A stretch of 64,000 nucleotides of DNA from Capsulimonadaceae bacterium (GTDB taxonomy: Bacteria > Armatimonadota > Armatimonadia > Armatimonadales > Capsulimonadaceae): NCBI GenBank assembly GCA_965215505.1, contig OZ244065.1:3392001-3456000 (forward strand), given 5' to 3'. Shown here one piece after another: positions 26,966-36,284 of this stretch (position 1 is the first letter of the stretch; every line of letters starts with the position of its first letter). A program made the translations under genes and the position numbers. The notes under the pieces were generated by a model that saw nothing but the letters and a program-made list of their open reading frames with translations, was not told the origin of the DNA and ran no database searches.

Positions 26966-28912
26966 ATGACCGAGTCACTAACATTATCGCTCGTCCGCCG
27001 CGCCCGCTCCGCCGACGGCCGTGACCCCGCCGAGCCGCTGGACCTCGCCGACGTGCCGGACACCGACCCGCCCGCCGTCCGCGTCACCGAGGACGAACCC
27101 GTCGAGTTCGTCCTGCGCTGCGCGGGGGACGTCCGGCCGCGCCTGTACGTCCAGGACGTGGAGCTTGACCCGCCCTTCCGGCAGATGCGCGGCGACACCT
27201 ACGAGTACTGGTGGGAGCCGCACCCCGGCGGGCCGGGCTGGTTCCTCAACCATTTCGGCTACTGCATCCTGACCGTCGAGTTCCAGGCCGGCCCCGACCG
27301 GGCCGAGTCCCTCTGCTATGCCGCCGTGGAGGTCTTCGCCCGCAAGCCCAACGCCGAGCGGGCCGAACGGATTCTGGACTACCTCGAAAGCCGCATGGAG
27401 GACGTCAGCCGCTCCTGCTTTGCTACCACTCATCCCGGTGCCGCCCACCCGGTCGCGGGCCAGGACGGCGAAGCCTTGCGGAGCGGCGACATCCCCGCCT
27501 CCGCCTTGCTCCAGGCCATCGCCGGCCACCTCGAAACCTTCGCCGCCCAGGCACCCCGGTTCCGCTACCGCAAGCGCTGCCGGCTCGCCCCGACCCCGAC
27601 GCGCATCAAGGCGTCGTCGGCCGCGAACCTCACCGAACACTCGGTCCACTGGGCTTTGACGCACCTGGACGCCCTGATGCCGGTCGGTGCCCCGACGCCG
27701 CACAGCATCGCCGTCGGGGGCCGGTTCTACGAGTTGGACGAGATCGAAACCTATGCGCTCTCCGAGGTGACGGACGTCTACGAGAACCAGGTCATCGCGG
27801 GCTACCTGGAGGGCATCGCCGCCCGCCTGTCCGACATCGAGACGTTCTGCCTCCGCCAGCTCCAGGCCCTGGAGAGCGAGGGCTTCATCGCCCAGGTCCC
27901 GCCCGGCTACGGCAGCATCTTCGACATCAAGCGCAAGGTGGGCCGTAGGCGCTTCGGCAAGCTGCTGGCCGAGTGCTACGCCTTGCAGCGCGAGGCCGCC
28001 GACCAGGCCGCCTTCTGGCGCAAGCACCTCCCGGTCACGCGGACGGTCCGGGAAATGCCCACCGTCACCCCCGGCTTCCTGGCCTCCCCCCACTACCACC
28101 AGGCCTTCCGCCGGGTCGTGGACTGGCACGGGCTGGGCCGGCTGAACCTCTCGGGCGAGCGGTTCCTGTACGGCCTGCGGACGATAGACCGGCTGTACGA
28201 GTTCTACTGCCTGTTCCGGCTGGTCGAAACCCTGCGCGAGTCCGGCTGGGAGCCGGCGGGCCAGCAGAGGCGGCCCCCCGCCGCCCACGCGCGCCCCGGC
28301 CTGGATTGGGACGCGCGCCCCGACGACATCTACGTCTTCTCCAACCGCGCGGGCGAGCGCATCACGCTCTTCTATGAGCCGCAGATCGAAAGGACTCTGA
28401 ACGGTGCGCTGGGCCTGGTCCGGACGATGGTGGGCGGGCCGGGCTTCCTGCCCGACTTCGTCCTCAAGTTCGAGCCGTCCGGGTCCGAGCCGTCCGGGCC
28501 TGGGTCGCCCTCGTACCTGATCTTGGACGCCAAATACGTCTCGCCCTACCTCGCCCTGAACTTCGAAGGGTCGCGCTCCGAGCTGTCCAAGATCACGATG
28601 AAGTACCTGCACGGCGTCGGTGCGGCCGGCGGCGGCCGGTCCCCCGTCCAGGGCATCTTCGTCCTGCACCCGCAGGACTTCCGCGCCGCCGCGCCCGGCT
28701 CCTCGTACCGCCCCTACCACGCACCCGGCTTCGGCCTCTTCTCCAAAACCCCCGCCCTCCCGATGCTGGCCGCCCTGGAGCTGACGCCGGGCGAGGGGGA
28801 ACAGGACGGGTACGGACCGGAGGGGGAGGGGCCGGAGGGGGAAGGGCCGGAGTCGGGCGACGCCGACCTGCGCCGCGTGCTGGGCCGCGCGTTGGAGTTG
28901 CTGCGTGGGTGA
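26966..28912 (+). CDS. McrC-like DUF2357 / PD-(D/E)XK nuclease
   Basis: FLNHFG N-terminal beta domain, DVYENQVI, LYEFYCL, PDFVL...ILDAKY catalytic motif; follows the McrB-like gene. Confidence 0.82.
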   Translation: MTESLTLSLVRRARSADGRDPAEPLDLADVPDTDPPAVRVTEDEPVEFVLRCAGDVRPRLYVQDVELDPPFRQMRGDTYEYWWEPHPGGPGWFLNHFGYCILTVEFQAGPDRAESLCYAAVEVFARKPNAERAERILDYLESRMEDVSRSCFATTHPGAAHPVAGQDGEALRSGDIPASALLQAIAGHLETFAAQAPRFRYRKRCRLAPTPTRIKASSAANLTEHSVHWALTHLDALMPVGAPTPHSIAVGGRFYELDEIETYALSEVTDVYENQVIAGYLEGIAARLSDIETFCLRQLQALESEGFIAQVPPGYGSIFDIKRKVGRRRFGKLLAECYALQREAADQAAFWRKHLPVTRTVREMPTVTPGFLASPHYHQAFRRVVDWHGLGRLNLSGERFLYGLRTIDRLYEFYCLFRLVETLRESGWEPAGQQRRPPAAHARPGLDWDARPDDIYVFSNRAGERITLFYEPQIERTLNGALGLVRTMVGGPGFLPDFVLKFEPSGSEPSGPGSPSYLILDAKYVSPYLALNFEGSRSELSKITMKYLHGVGAAGGGRSPVQGIFVLHPQDFRAAAPGSSYRPYHAPGFGLFSKTPALPMLAALELTPGEGEQDGYGPEGEGPEGEGPESGDADLRRVLGRALELLRG

Positions 28913-28933
28913 GGGCGGCTGGGACAAGTAGGA

Positions 28934-29082
28934 CGAGTCATTGGAAATCACTCGCTGAGGGGGACCTGTCCAGGGGACAGTAAACAGGCTTGCGCCACAG
29001 CAAACGGCAAACACGGCCGGGCCGTTCCCCTCTTCTGTCCCCTGGACAGGTCCGGCGGGAGCGAGTGATTTCCAATCACTCG
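28934..29082. repeat. REPIN-like element, subfamily A variant (TTGGAAA loop)
   Basis: CGAGTCATTGGAAATCACTCG ... CGAGTGATTTCCAATCACTCG with internal TGTCC/GGACA hairpins. Confidence 0.9.
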
Positions 29083-29171
29083 TCTTAATCCCGCTTTGTC
29101 CCCGCCCGCACATCTGTCACCCTCCCCCCATCCCGGCAGGACTCTCTCCATCCCGCGCCGAACAGTCCCCC

Positions 29172-31283
29172 ATGAGCCTCCCCGCACTCAACCCGTTCAC
29201 GGCGAGCCGGACCGCCGGCCCGGCCCTCCTGCCCGCCCTCATCGGCATCCTGCTGTTCTCACTCGTCAGCCTGCTGCTCACCGTCGTCCTGCCCACCCGC
29301 TCCACCCGCGCCGCCGTCATCCTGGACGTCTGCGCCACGATCATCGCCATCGTCATCGCCCCCTTCGTCATGCGGACCGTGGACCAGATGCAGCAGCGCG
29401 TCACGCGCCAGAACAACGAGCTGCGGTCACTCCACGCCATCGACCGCGCCATCAGCGGGACCCTGGAGCTTCAGACCATCCTCAGCGTCGCCGTCAAGGA
29501 GGTCACGCTGTCCGTGGACGGCGAGTTCGGCGCGCTCTGGCTGCTCGACGAGAATGGCGGCTGGGCCAAACCCGCCGCCTCCGCCTTCTACAACCTGACG
29601 CCCGGCATGCAGATCGCCCTCACCCAGCGGCTCGGCACCGGCATCCCCGACCTCACCCGACGCACCGGAGTCGTCCAGCGGCGGCACGGGCTGGACGAGA
29701 CCTGGAAGACCGACCGCGCCGCCGCCGCCCTCAAGATGCGGAGCGAGATCGTCGTCCCGATCACCCAGGGCGAGACCGTGCTGGGCTTGGTCCAGGTCGG
29801 CAACCGGGGCGGGTCCCTTTCGCCCCTGTCCGGCTTCACCGAGGACGACGAGAACCTGCTCGGCGACATCGGCGCGACCATCTCCGTCGCCGTCCAGCAC
29901 GCCCAGCTTTATCAGAAGACCCTCCAGCGCGACGCGGTCCTGCGCGGCCTCATCGCCCGGACGGGGGACGCCATCTCGGCCTCCTCCGACGCCCCCCTGC
30001 TCATGCAGATCCTGGCCGACGACGCCGCCCGCATCCTCGGCTGCCGCCGCGTTGCCGTTTACGCCTACGCCGAGGAACACGCGCGGTTTGACCCCCTTGC
30101 CGCGCACGAGGACGGGGCCGGGCACGACGAAACCGGCAAAAGCCGCGCCCTGCTCCAGTCCTTCCACGACCACCCCCTGCCCCTCGCCCTCGCCGCCCTG
30201 CCCGATGCGCTCACCGCCCCGCCCGCCGCCCCGGCGGGCGCCGCCGCAGGCCCCAATGCCGGCTCCAACACCGGCGACCTGCCTTCGCGCTACGTCCAGA
30301 ACGCCCCGACGGCCCTGGGCCTGGACGTAAAAGACGCGCCTTTCCTCAACAGCCCCGGCTACGTCTTCGTCCTGCGCGCGCGCGACCGGCGCGGCATCGG
30401 CCTGCTCTGCCTCCTGGATGCCGCCCCGCACCTGCGCCAGCCGGACGCCGCCGGGTTCGCCCGCGCCCTCGCCGCCCAGGCCGCCGTCACCCTGGAGAAC
30501 GCCCGCCTGTTCCGCGAACTGGAGGCTGCTTACCACCGTGAGCGGCTGATCGCCGGGCAGTTCCAGGAGAGCCTGCTCCCACTCGTCCCCGCCGGGGCCG
30601 AGGACTCCGTCGAGTTCGCCTGGAAGTACCAGGCCGCGCTCGACGAGTCGTTCATCGGGGGCGACTTCTACGACCTGTTCCCGCTGGGCGAACACCGGCG
30701 CGGCGTGGTCATGGCCGACGTGTCCGGCAAGGGCCTGAAAGCCGCCGTCCAGACCGCTATGCTCAAGTACACCCTGCGCGGCTTCGCCCTCGAGACCCCC
30801 GACGACCCCGCCCGCGTCCTCGCCCGCGTCAACGACGTTCTGTGCAGCCCCATGAGCAGCCACGACGGCTTCGTCACCCTCTTCTACGGCGTCCTGGACA
30901 CGCAGACCGGCGCACTGACCTACGCGAACGCCGGCCACGAGCCGCCCCTGCTGCGCGAAGCCGCCACGGGCACCGTCCGCCCGCTTCCCTCCTGCGATGG
31001 GCTGGCCTTCGGTGCCCTGGGCGGCGTCACCTACGAGGAGTGCCGCGCCGCCCTCGCGCCGGGCGATCTGCTGCTCCTGTACACCGACGGCCTGACCGAA
31101 GCCCGCGCCGAGGACGGCTCCTTCCTCGAACTCGAAGGCCTGGCCGCCCTCCTGCCCCGCGCCGATGTCTCCGCCGCCGAATGCATCCGCGCCGTCTATG
31201 CCGGCGTCTCCGCCTTCGCCGGCGACGTCCGCCGCGACGACGTCGCCATGCTCGCCCTGCACCGCCTGCCGACGCCTGCCTGA
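29172..31283 (+). CDS. Membrane GAF-GAF-SpoIIE/PP2C serine phosphatase (RsbU-like)
   Basis: Two TMs, GAF segments, IGGDFYD, ADVSGKG, NAGHEPP, LYTDGLTEAR, DDVAML. Confidence 0.92.
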   Translation: MSLPALNPFTASRTAGPALLPALIGILLFSLVSLLLTVVLPTRSTRAAVILDVCATIIAIVIAPFVMRTVDQMQQRVTRQNNELRSLHAIDRAISGTLELQTILSVAVKEVTLSVDGEFGALWLLDENGGWAKPAASAFYNLTPGMQIALTQRLGTGIPDLTRRTGVVQRRHGLDETWKTDRAAAALKMRSEIVVPITQGETVLGLVQVGNRGGSLSPLSGFTEDDENLLGDIGATISVAVQHAQLYQKTLQRDAVLRGLIARTGDAISASSDAPLLMQILADDAARILGCRRVAVYAYAEEHARFDPLAAHEDGAGHDETGKSRALLQSFHDHPLPLALAALPDALTAPPAAPAGAAAGPNAGSNTGDLPSRYVQNAPTALGLDVKDAPFLNSPGYVFVLRARDRRGIGLLCLLDAAPHLRQPDAAGFARALAAQAAVTLENARLFRELEAAYHRERLIAGQFQESLLPLVPAGAEDSVEFAWKYQAALDESFIGGDFYDLFPLGEHRRGVVMADVSGKGLKAAVQTAMLKYTLRGFALETPDDPARVLARVNDVLCSPMSSHDGFVTLFYGVLDTQTGALTYANAGHEPPLLREAATGTVRPLPSCDGLAFGALGGVTYEECRAALAPGDLLLLYTDGLTEARAEDGSFLELEGLAALLPRADVSAAECIRAVYAGVSAFAGDVRRDDVAMLALHRLPTPA

Positions 31284-31297
31284 CGCCGAGGAAAACT

Positions 31298-32686
31298 ATG
31301 TCTCTTTCTCGCAGCCCCTTTCCGCTCCTCCTGCTCGCCCTCGCCTTCGCGGCCCTCCTGCCCAACACCGCCCCCTGCCGCGCCGTCCCCCTCACCGTCC
31401 TGCACACGTTCGGCGACGGTGGGCCCATCCGGCCCAGGCGCGGCGATCACACAGCCCTGAACGGCGCGCGGCCGGTGGCCGCCCTCCTCCAGGGGGTGGA
31501 CGGCGCGCTCTACGGCACTTCCGTGAACGGGGGCGCGCACGGGCAGGGGGCGGTCTTCCGGATCAACACGGACGGGACCGGGTTCGCCGTCCTGCACTCG
31601 TTCGACTCGCTGGTCTTCAGCCTGTCCGGCCTGACCAACGAAGCCGGCCTGACCAACGAAGGCGGGGCCGCCGTCAGCGGCGCGCTCGTGCAGGCGGCGG
31701 GCGGGACGCTGTACGGGGTGGCGGGCCTCGGCGGGTCGGCGGGCGGCGGCGTCGTCTTCAAGCTCAGCCCCAACGGGGCAGGGTTCCGGGTCATCCACAA
31801 CTTCGGACACCTGGGCGAGAACTTCGGACGCCTGGGGGAGCCGGTGACGGGCCGCAACGGCGGCGGGGCCGGGCCGGCCGCCCTGACACTCGGGATGGAC
31901 GGCCTGCTGTACGGGGTCGCGCTCCTCGGGGGCGCGGACGGCGGGGGCGTGGTCTTCCGGCTGGGCCAGGACGGCAAGGACTTCAAGGTCCTGCACGCCT
32001 TCCAGGGCGTCGCCCACGCCACGGACACGAACGAGGACGGCGCGCATCCGGTGGCCGCGCCCGTGTTCGGGCGCGACGGCGCGCTCTACGGCACCACGGC
32101 CGGCGGCGGCCGGATCGGCTGCGGGGTCCTCTACCGCTTGACGCCCGACGGCGCGCGGTTCTCCGTCCTGCACCACTTCCAGCGCCGGGGCCTCGGGGCC
32201 GAGGGCGAGGCCGAAGCAGGCGGCGTCCTGCCGGAAGGGGCCTTGACCGCCTCCCCCGACGGTTTCCTCTACGGCAGCACAGGCCTGGGCGGGGCAAGCG
32301 GCGGCGGCACGCTCTTCCGCATCGGCCAGGACGGGGCCGGCTTCACCCTCCTGCGCGCCTTCCCCGGCCCGGACGACGACGGCGGCGACGGCCGCCTGCC
32401 CGCCGCGACGCCCCTGCTCGGACGCGACGGCCGCCTCTACGGGCTGACCGGGCGCGGCGGCGCGGGCGGGGTCGGGACGCTCTATTGGGCCAGTCCTGAC
32501 GGCGCAAAGTTCGTCGTCCTGCACGACTTCGCCGCCCCAGACGCCGCCTACCACAACGCCGACGGCGCGTACCCACGCGCGGGCTTGATCCAGGGCCGCG
32601 ACGGCGCGCTCTACGGCGTCGCGGCCGGCGGCGGGCCGGACGGCACCGGCACCGTCTTCCGGCTCGTGCCGCCCCAAGCCCGGTGA
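31298..32686 (+). CDS. Secreted tandem-repeat beta protein (GloVer-like repeats)
   Basis: Signal peptide; about 7 repeats of DGxLYGxxxxGGxxGxGxVF...FxVLHxF. Confidence 0.8.
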   Translation: MSLSRSPFPLLLLALAFAALLPNTAPCRAVPLTVLHTFGDGGPIRPRRGDHTALNGARPVAALLQGVDGALYGTSVNGGAHGQGAVFRINTDGTGFAVLHSFDSLVFSLSGLTNEAGLTNEGGAAVSGALVQAAGGTLYGVAGLGGSAGGGVVFKLSPNGAGFRVIHNFGHLGENFGRLGEPVTGRNGGGAGPAALTLGMDGLLYGVALLGGADGGGVVFRLGQDGKDFKVLHAFQGVAHATDTNEDGAHPVAAPVFGRDGALYGTTAGGGRIGCGVLYRLTPDGARFSVLHHFQRRGLGAEGEAEAGGVLPEGALTASPDGFLYGSTGLGGASGGGTLFRIGQDGAGFTLLRAFPGPDDDGGDGRLPAATPLLGRDGRLYGLTGRGGAGGVGTLYWASPDGAKFVVLHDFAAPDAAYHNADGAYPRAGLIQGRDGALYGVAAGGGPDGTGTVFRLVPPQAR

Positions 32687-32764
32687 CACGCCCCTGGTGG
32701 CCTGGAGTGTTCCGTTCTCGCATCCTGTATTTACTTACAAACGTAGTCAAATCGCGCCCTTCCC

Positions 32765-32793
32765 TTGCAACTTGGCCCAAAATAGAGTATCAT
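32765..32793 (+). promoter_or_regulatory. Sigma70-type promoter upstream of glyA
   Basis: TTGCAA-17 nt-TATCAT. Confidence 0.6.
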
Positions 32794-32796
32794 AGG

Positions 32797-32861
32797 GGCA
32801 TCGCGCGTCCTGCGTCCGTAGTCCTAGCTGCGGACGGCGGGAACAGGACAGACCGAGTGCC
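32797..32861 (+). ncRNA. Candidate structured 5' leader RNA (unassigned)
   Basis: Nested stems GGCA.TCG/CGA.TGCC, GTCCTG/CAGGAC, CGTCCGTAG/CTGCGGACG with GCGGGAA bulge, starting near the predicted TSS. Confidence 0.4.
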
Positions 32862-32875
32862 GGACAGTGGTGGGA

Positions 32876-33072
32876 CGAGTGATTGAAATCACTCGCTTCG
32901 GCAGGATTTGTCCAAGGGACAAGCGGAGGGAACGGGTTGACCCCAACCGGCCATGCTGTCCTTCTTCTGTCCCCTGGACAGGTCCCGAGCAGCGAGTGAT
33001 GTCAATCACTCGTCCTGCCGCTCGTCCTGCCGCTCGTCCTGCCGCTCGTCCTGCCGCTCGTCCTGCCGCTCG
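32876..33072. repeat. REPIN-like element A (32876-33012) plus 12-bp x5 terminal tandem (33009-33072)
   Basis: Four hairpins, then CTCGTCCTGCCG x5. Confidence 0.92.
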
Positions 33073-33155
33073 CGCTGCTTTTTTGCGAGAACGAACCCGA
33101 GTATCATAAACGACAGGCGACACCAGACCATGGAAATTAGACAAAGGAGCCTCCC

Positions 33156-34448
33156 TTGGCACTGATCGAGAAAGAACTGACGCGCGGCGAGAACGAAAAC
33201 GAGTTCCTGATCCGGCGCGACGCGCCGCTGTCCGAGTCCGACCCCGAGGTCTACGCCGCCATCCACAAAGAGGAGGGCCGGCAGAACGACAAGCTGGAGC
33301 TGATCGCCTCAGAAAACGTCGTCTCGCGCGCCGTCATGGAGGCCCAGGGGTCCGTCCTGACCAACAAGTACGCCGAGGGCTACCCCGGCAAGCGGTACTA
33401 CGGCGGCTGCGAGTATGTAGACATCGTGGAGCAGCTCGCCATCGACCGCGCCAGGAAGCTGTTCGGGGCGGACCACGTCAACGTCCAGCCCCACTCGGGC
33501 GCGTCCGCCAATATTGCCGTCTTCACCGCCTTCTTGCAGCCCGGCGATTCGATCCTCGGCATGCGGCTCGACCAGGGCGGGCACCTCACCCACGGCTCGC
33601 CGGTCAACTTCTCCGGCAAGTTTTATAACGCCCACTTTTATGGCGTTGATAAAGAGACGGGCCGGATTGACTACGACGAGTGCGCCCGGATCGCCCGCGA
33701 AGTCAAGCCCAAGATGATCACGTCGGGGGCTTCCGCCTACCCGCGCGAGATCGACTTCCCGCGCCTGCGCGCCATCGCCGACGAGGTGGGCGCGCTGCTG
33801 CTGGCCGACATCGCCCACATCGCGGGCCTGGTCGCGGCGGGCGAGCACCCCAGCCCGGTCGGCCACGCCCACATCGTCACGACGACCACACACAAGACCC
33901 TGCGCGGCCCGCGCGGCGGCCTCATCCTGTGCGGCGAGGAACACGCCAAGGCGATTGACTCCGCCGTCTTCCCCGGCACCCAGGGCGGGCCGCTGATGCA
34001 CGTCATCGCCGCCAAGGCCGTGGCCTTCCACGAGGCGCTCTCGCCCGGCTTCAACGCCTACCAGCGTCAGGTCAAGAAGAACGCCCGCGCCCTGGCGGGG
34101 GGCCTGATGGACCGCGGCTTCACCCTCTTCTCCGGCGGGACCGACAACCACCTGATGCTGGTTGACCTGCGCCCCCAGGGGATCACGGGCCGGACCGCCC
34201 AGGTGGAACTGGACAAGGTCAACCTGACCACCAACAAGAACGCCATCCCCTACGACACTGAGAAGCCCTGGGTGACGGGCGGCCTGCGGCTCGGCTCCCC
34301 CGCCACGACCAGCCGGGGCCTGACCGAACCGGAGATGGACGAGGTCGCCGCCTGCATCGCCCGCGCCCTGACCCACATCGGCGACCGGGAAGCCTACGAG
34401 CAGGTGCGCCGGGATGTCAAGTCCCTCTGCGACCGCTTCCCCGGCTGA
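33156..34448 (+). CDS. glyA: Serine hydroxymethyltransferase
   Basis: [46 protein letters not shown]. Confidence 0.98.
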   Translation: MALIEKELTRGENENEFLIRRDAPLSESDPEVYAAIHKEEGRQNDKLELIASENVVSRAVMEAQGSVLTNKYAEGYPGKRYYGGCEYVDIVEQLAIDRARKLFGADHVNVQPHSGASANIAVFTAFLQPGDSILGMRLDQGGHLTHGSPVNFSGKFYNAHFYGVDKETGRIDYDECARIAREVKPKMITSGASAYPREIDFPRLRAIADEVGALLLADIAHIAGLVAAGEHPSPVGHAHIVTTTTHKTLRGPRGGLILCGEEHAKAIDSAVFPGTQGGPLMHVIAAKAVAFHEALSPGFNAYQRQVKKNARALAGGLMDRGFTLFSGGTDNHLMLVDLRPQGITGRTAQVELDKVNLTTNKNAIPYDTEKPWVTGGLRLGSPATTSRGLTEPEMDEVAACIARALTHIGDREAYEQVRRDVKSLCDRFPG

Positions 34449-34472
34449 GGGCGGCGGGGGGCAGGATAAGCC

Positions 34473-34605
34473 GATTGAAATCACTCGCTGCCACCGGACC
34501 TGTCCAGGGGACAGAAGAGGGGCGAGGCAGAAGAGGCCGGTCCTGTCCCTCTGCTCCCTTGTCCCCTGGACAAATCCTGACGTAGCGAGTGATTAAAATC
34601 ACTCG
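34473..34605. repeat. REPIN-like element A, left hairpin degenerate
   Basis: GATTGAAATCACTCG...CTGTCCAGGGGACAG...TGTCCCCTGGACA...CGAGTGATTAAAATCACTCG. Confidence 0.85.
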
Positions 34606-34666
34606 TCCCATCTCGTTCCGTCCTGATTTGCCGGAGCGCCGGAGTTTTTGAGGACGCCTTAACACC

Positions 34667-35779
34667 ATGCCCCAGTGGATCATGCCGCCGTGGAGACTGC
34701 CCTGGCTCGCCTTCGGGCTGGCCCTGGCCCTGAGCTACCTGCTGACGCCCCTCGTCAGCCGCCTGGCCGTCCGCTTCGGAGCGGTCGCCGTGCCGCGCGA
34801 GCGGGACGTCCATTCCAAGCCGCTCCCGCGCTGGGGCGGGCTGGCGATGTTCGGCGGCTTCCTGCTGACTTTGGGGGCGATCTACCTCTACATCGTCATG
34901 CACCGGCACGTCTTTCCCTGGTCGGCGTCCGAGTTGAACCACTTCACCGGCGTCCTGCTGGCGGCCACGCTCGTCGCCGTAGTCGGGACGCTGGACGACA
35001 AGTTCGAAGTCTCGGCCATTTTCCAGTCGCTGGCCCTGATCGCGGCGGGCGTCGTGCTGGTCCTGTTCGGCGTGCGGATCGAGGGCATCACGAACCCCTT
35101 CTACCATGGCCCGCCCGCCGCCCACTACCGGCCCGGCCAGTTCTACTCCTTCTGGCCGCCCTTCGCGGACTTCGCCACCGTCCTGTGGGTCTTCGGCGTC
35201 GCCAAGACCGTGGACTTTATTGACGGGCTGGACGGACTGGCGGCGGGCGTCTGCGCCATCTGTGCCGGGACGTTGGCCCTGATGTCCGCCCAGGTGCATC
35301 AGTACGAGGTGACGATCATCGCGGCCACCCTGGTCGGCGTCTGTTTGGGGTTCCTGCGCTACAACAAGCACCCCTCGTCCATCATTATGGGGACCGTCGG
35401 GGCGCAGTTCCTGGGGTTCACTTTAGCGGCCATCTCGATCATCGGCACCTTCAAGATCGCCGCCACCGTCTCGGTCGCCCTGCCGGTGCTTGTGCTGGGC
35501 GTGCCCATCTTCGACGGCATCCGGGTCGTCACGCAGCGGACCATCGCGCGCACCCCGGCCTATCTGCCCGACAAGACCTCGCACATCCACCACATCTTGC
35601 TGCGGAAGTATAACGGCTCCCAGCCCCGCGCCGTCTGGATGATCTACGCCCTGACCGCCTGCCTCTGCGCCGTCGCCTTCCTCCTGTTCCGCCTGTCCGG
35701 CCGCGTCACCGCCGCCCCGGTCGGCGGGCATGTCGGTGCTTCGCGCCCGCTCTCCGGCCCCGCGCGGGCGGGGGTCTGA
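34667..35779 (+). CDS. WecA/TagO-like undecaprenyl-phosphate GlcNAc-1-phosphate transferase (MraY family)
   Basis: PRWGGLA, GTLDDK, FIDGLDGLA, FLRYN.HP, PDK..HIHHIL; near wecB. Confidence 0.88.
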   Translation: MPQWIMPPWRLPWLAFGLALALSYLLTPLVSRLAVRFGAVAVPRERDVHSKPLPRWGGLAMFGGFLLTLGAIYLYIVMHRHVFPWSASELNHFTGVLLAATLVAVVGTLDDKFEVSAIFQSLALIAAGVVLVLFGVRIEGITNPFYHGPPAAHYRPGQFYSFWPPFADFATVLWVFGVAKTVDFIDGLDGLAAGVCAICAGTLALMSAQVHQYEVTIIAATLVGVCLGFLRYNKHPSSIIMGTVGAQFLGFTLAAISIIGTFKIAATVSVALPVLVLGVPIFDGIRVVTQRTIARTPAYLPDKTSHIHHILLRKYNGSQPRAVWMIYALTACLCAVAFLLFRLSGRVTAAPVGGHVGASRPLSGPARAGV

Positions 35780-35780
35780 T

Positions 35781-35963
35781 GAGCCACGGGTTGAAACCCG
35801 AGGCTGGGAAGTGCCCAGCGTCCTGGGGACGCAAGCAGGCAGATGCAAGGCCAAAAGGTATGATCGTGTAGGGGCGGGGTCCCCCCGCCCTCTGACCTTC
35901 CCGTCCTAGTCTCACGTCGCTTCGACGGTGGGATTTTCGGAGCCACGGGTTTCAACCCGTGGC
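35781..35963. repeat. Composite REP: TTGAAA/TTTCAA-loop pair with a nested GTAG REP
   Basis: GCCACGGGTTGAAACCCGAGGC ... GTAGGGGCGGGGTCCCCCCGCCCT ... GCCACGGGTTTCAACCCGTGGC. Confidence 0.8.
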
Positions 35964-35990
35964 AAATTTTAGTCACAGGAACGCCGACCG

Positions 35991-36266
35991 ATGGACCTGT
36001 ACCTATTGCTCTATCTTCCGCTCGCGGGCTTGACCGTGATGTGGTTCCTTGCGGGTCTGAAACTCGCAAAGGATCACCGAAAGCATTCGCGCGAGACTCT
36101 GCGAAGGAGTATTGGAGCCGAGGTCGCGGTCGCCTTGTTCATCGTCAGTTTCGCGGTGATGGTTGTCACTCACGCTCGCGGTTACAGGGTCGCCATGATG
36201 TTAGTCATGGCTATGGCTCTTGTCAACCTTTTTAGACTGAGGACAACGCCAAAACCAGAGGCTTGA
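35991..36266 (+). CDS. Small membrane protein, lower GC
   Basis: 91-aa ORF with three hydrophobic segments, AGGA RBS, visibly more T/A-rich codons than its neighbours. Confidence 0.6.
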   Translation: MDLYLLLYLPLAGLTVMWFLAGLKLAKDHRKHSRETLRRSIGAEVAVALFIVSFAVMVVTHARGYRVAMMLVMAMALVNLFRLRTTPKPEA

Positions 36267-36284
36267 CCCTCCCATTATCGCCCT

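Noticed and set aside
32797-33155. ZTP, glycine or cobalamin riboswitch before glyA
   Set aside because: Diagnostic consensus motifs not found; kept only as an unassigned candidate
15918-34484. Long antisense ORFs (15918-17285, 26984-29113, 29427-31262, 33309-34484 and similar)
   Set aside because: Shadow frames of high-GC genes, with no motifs
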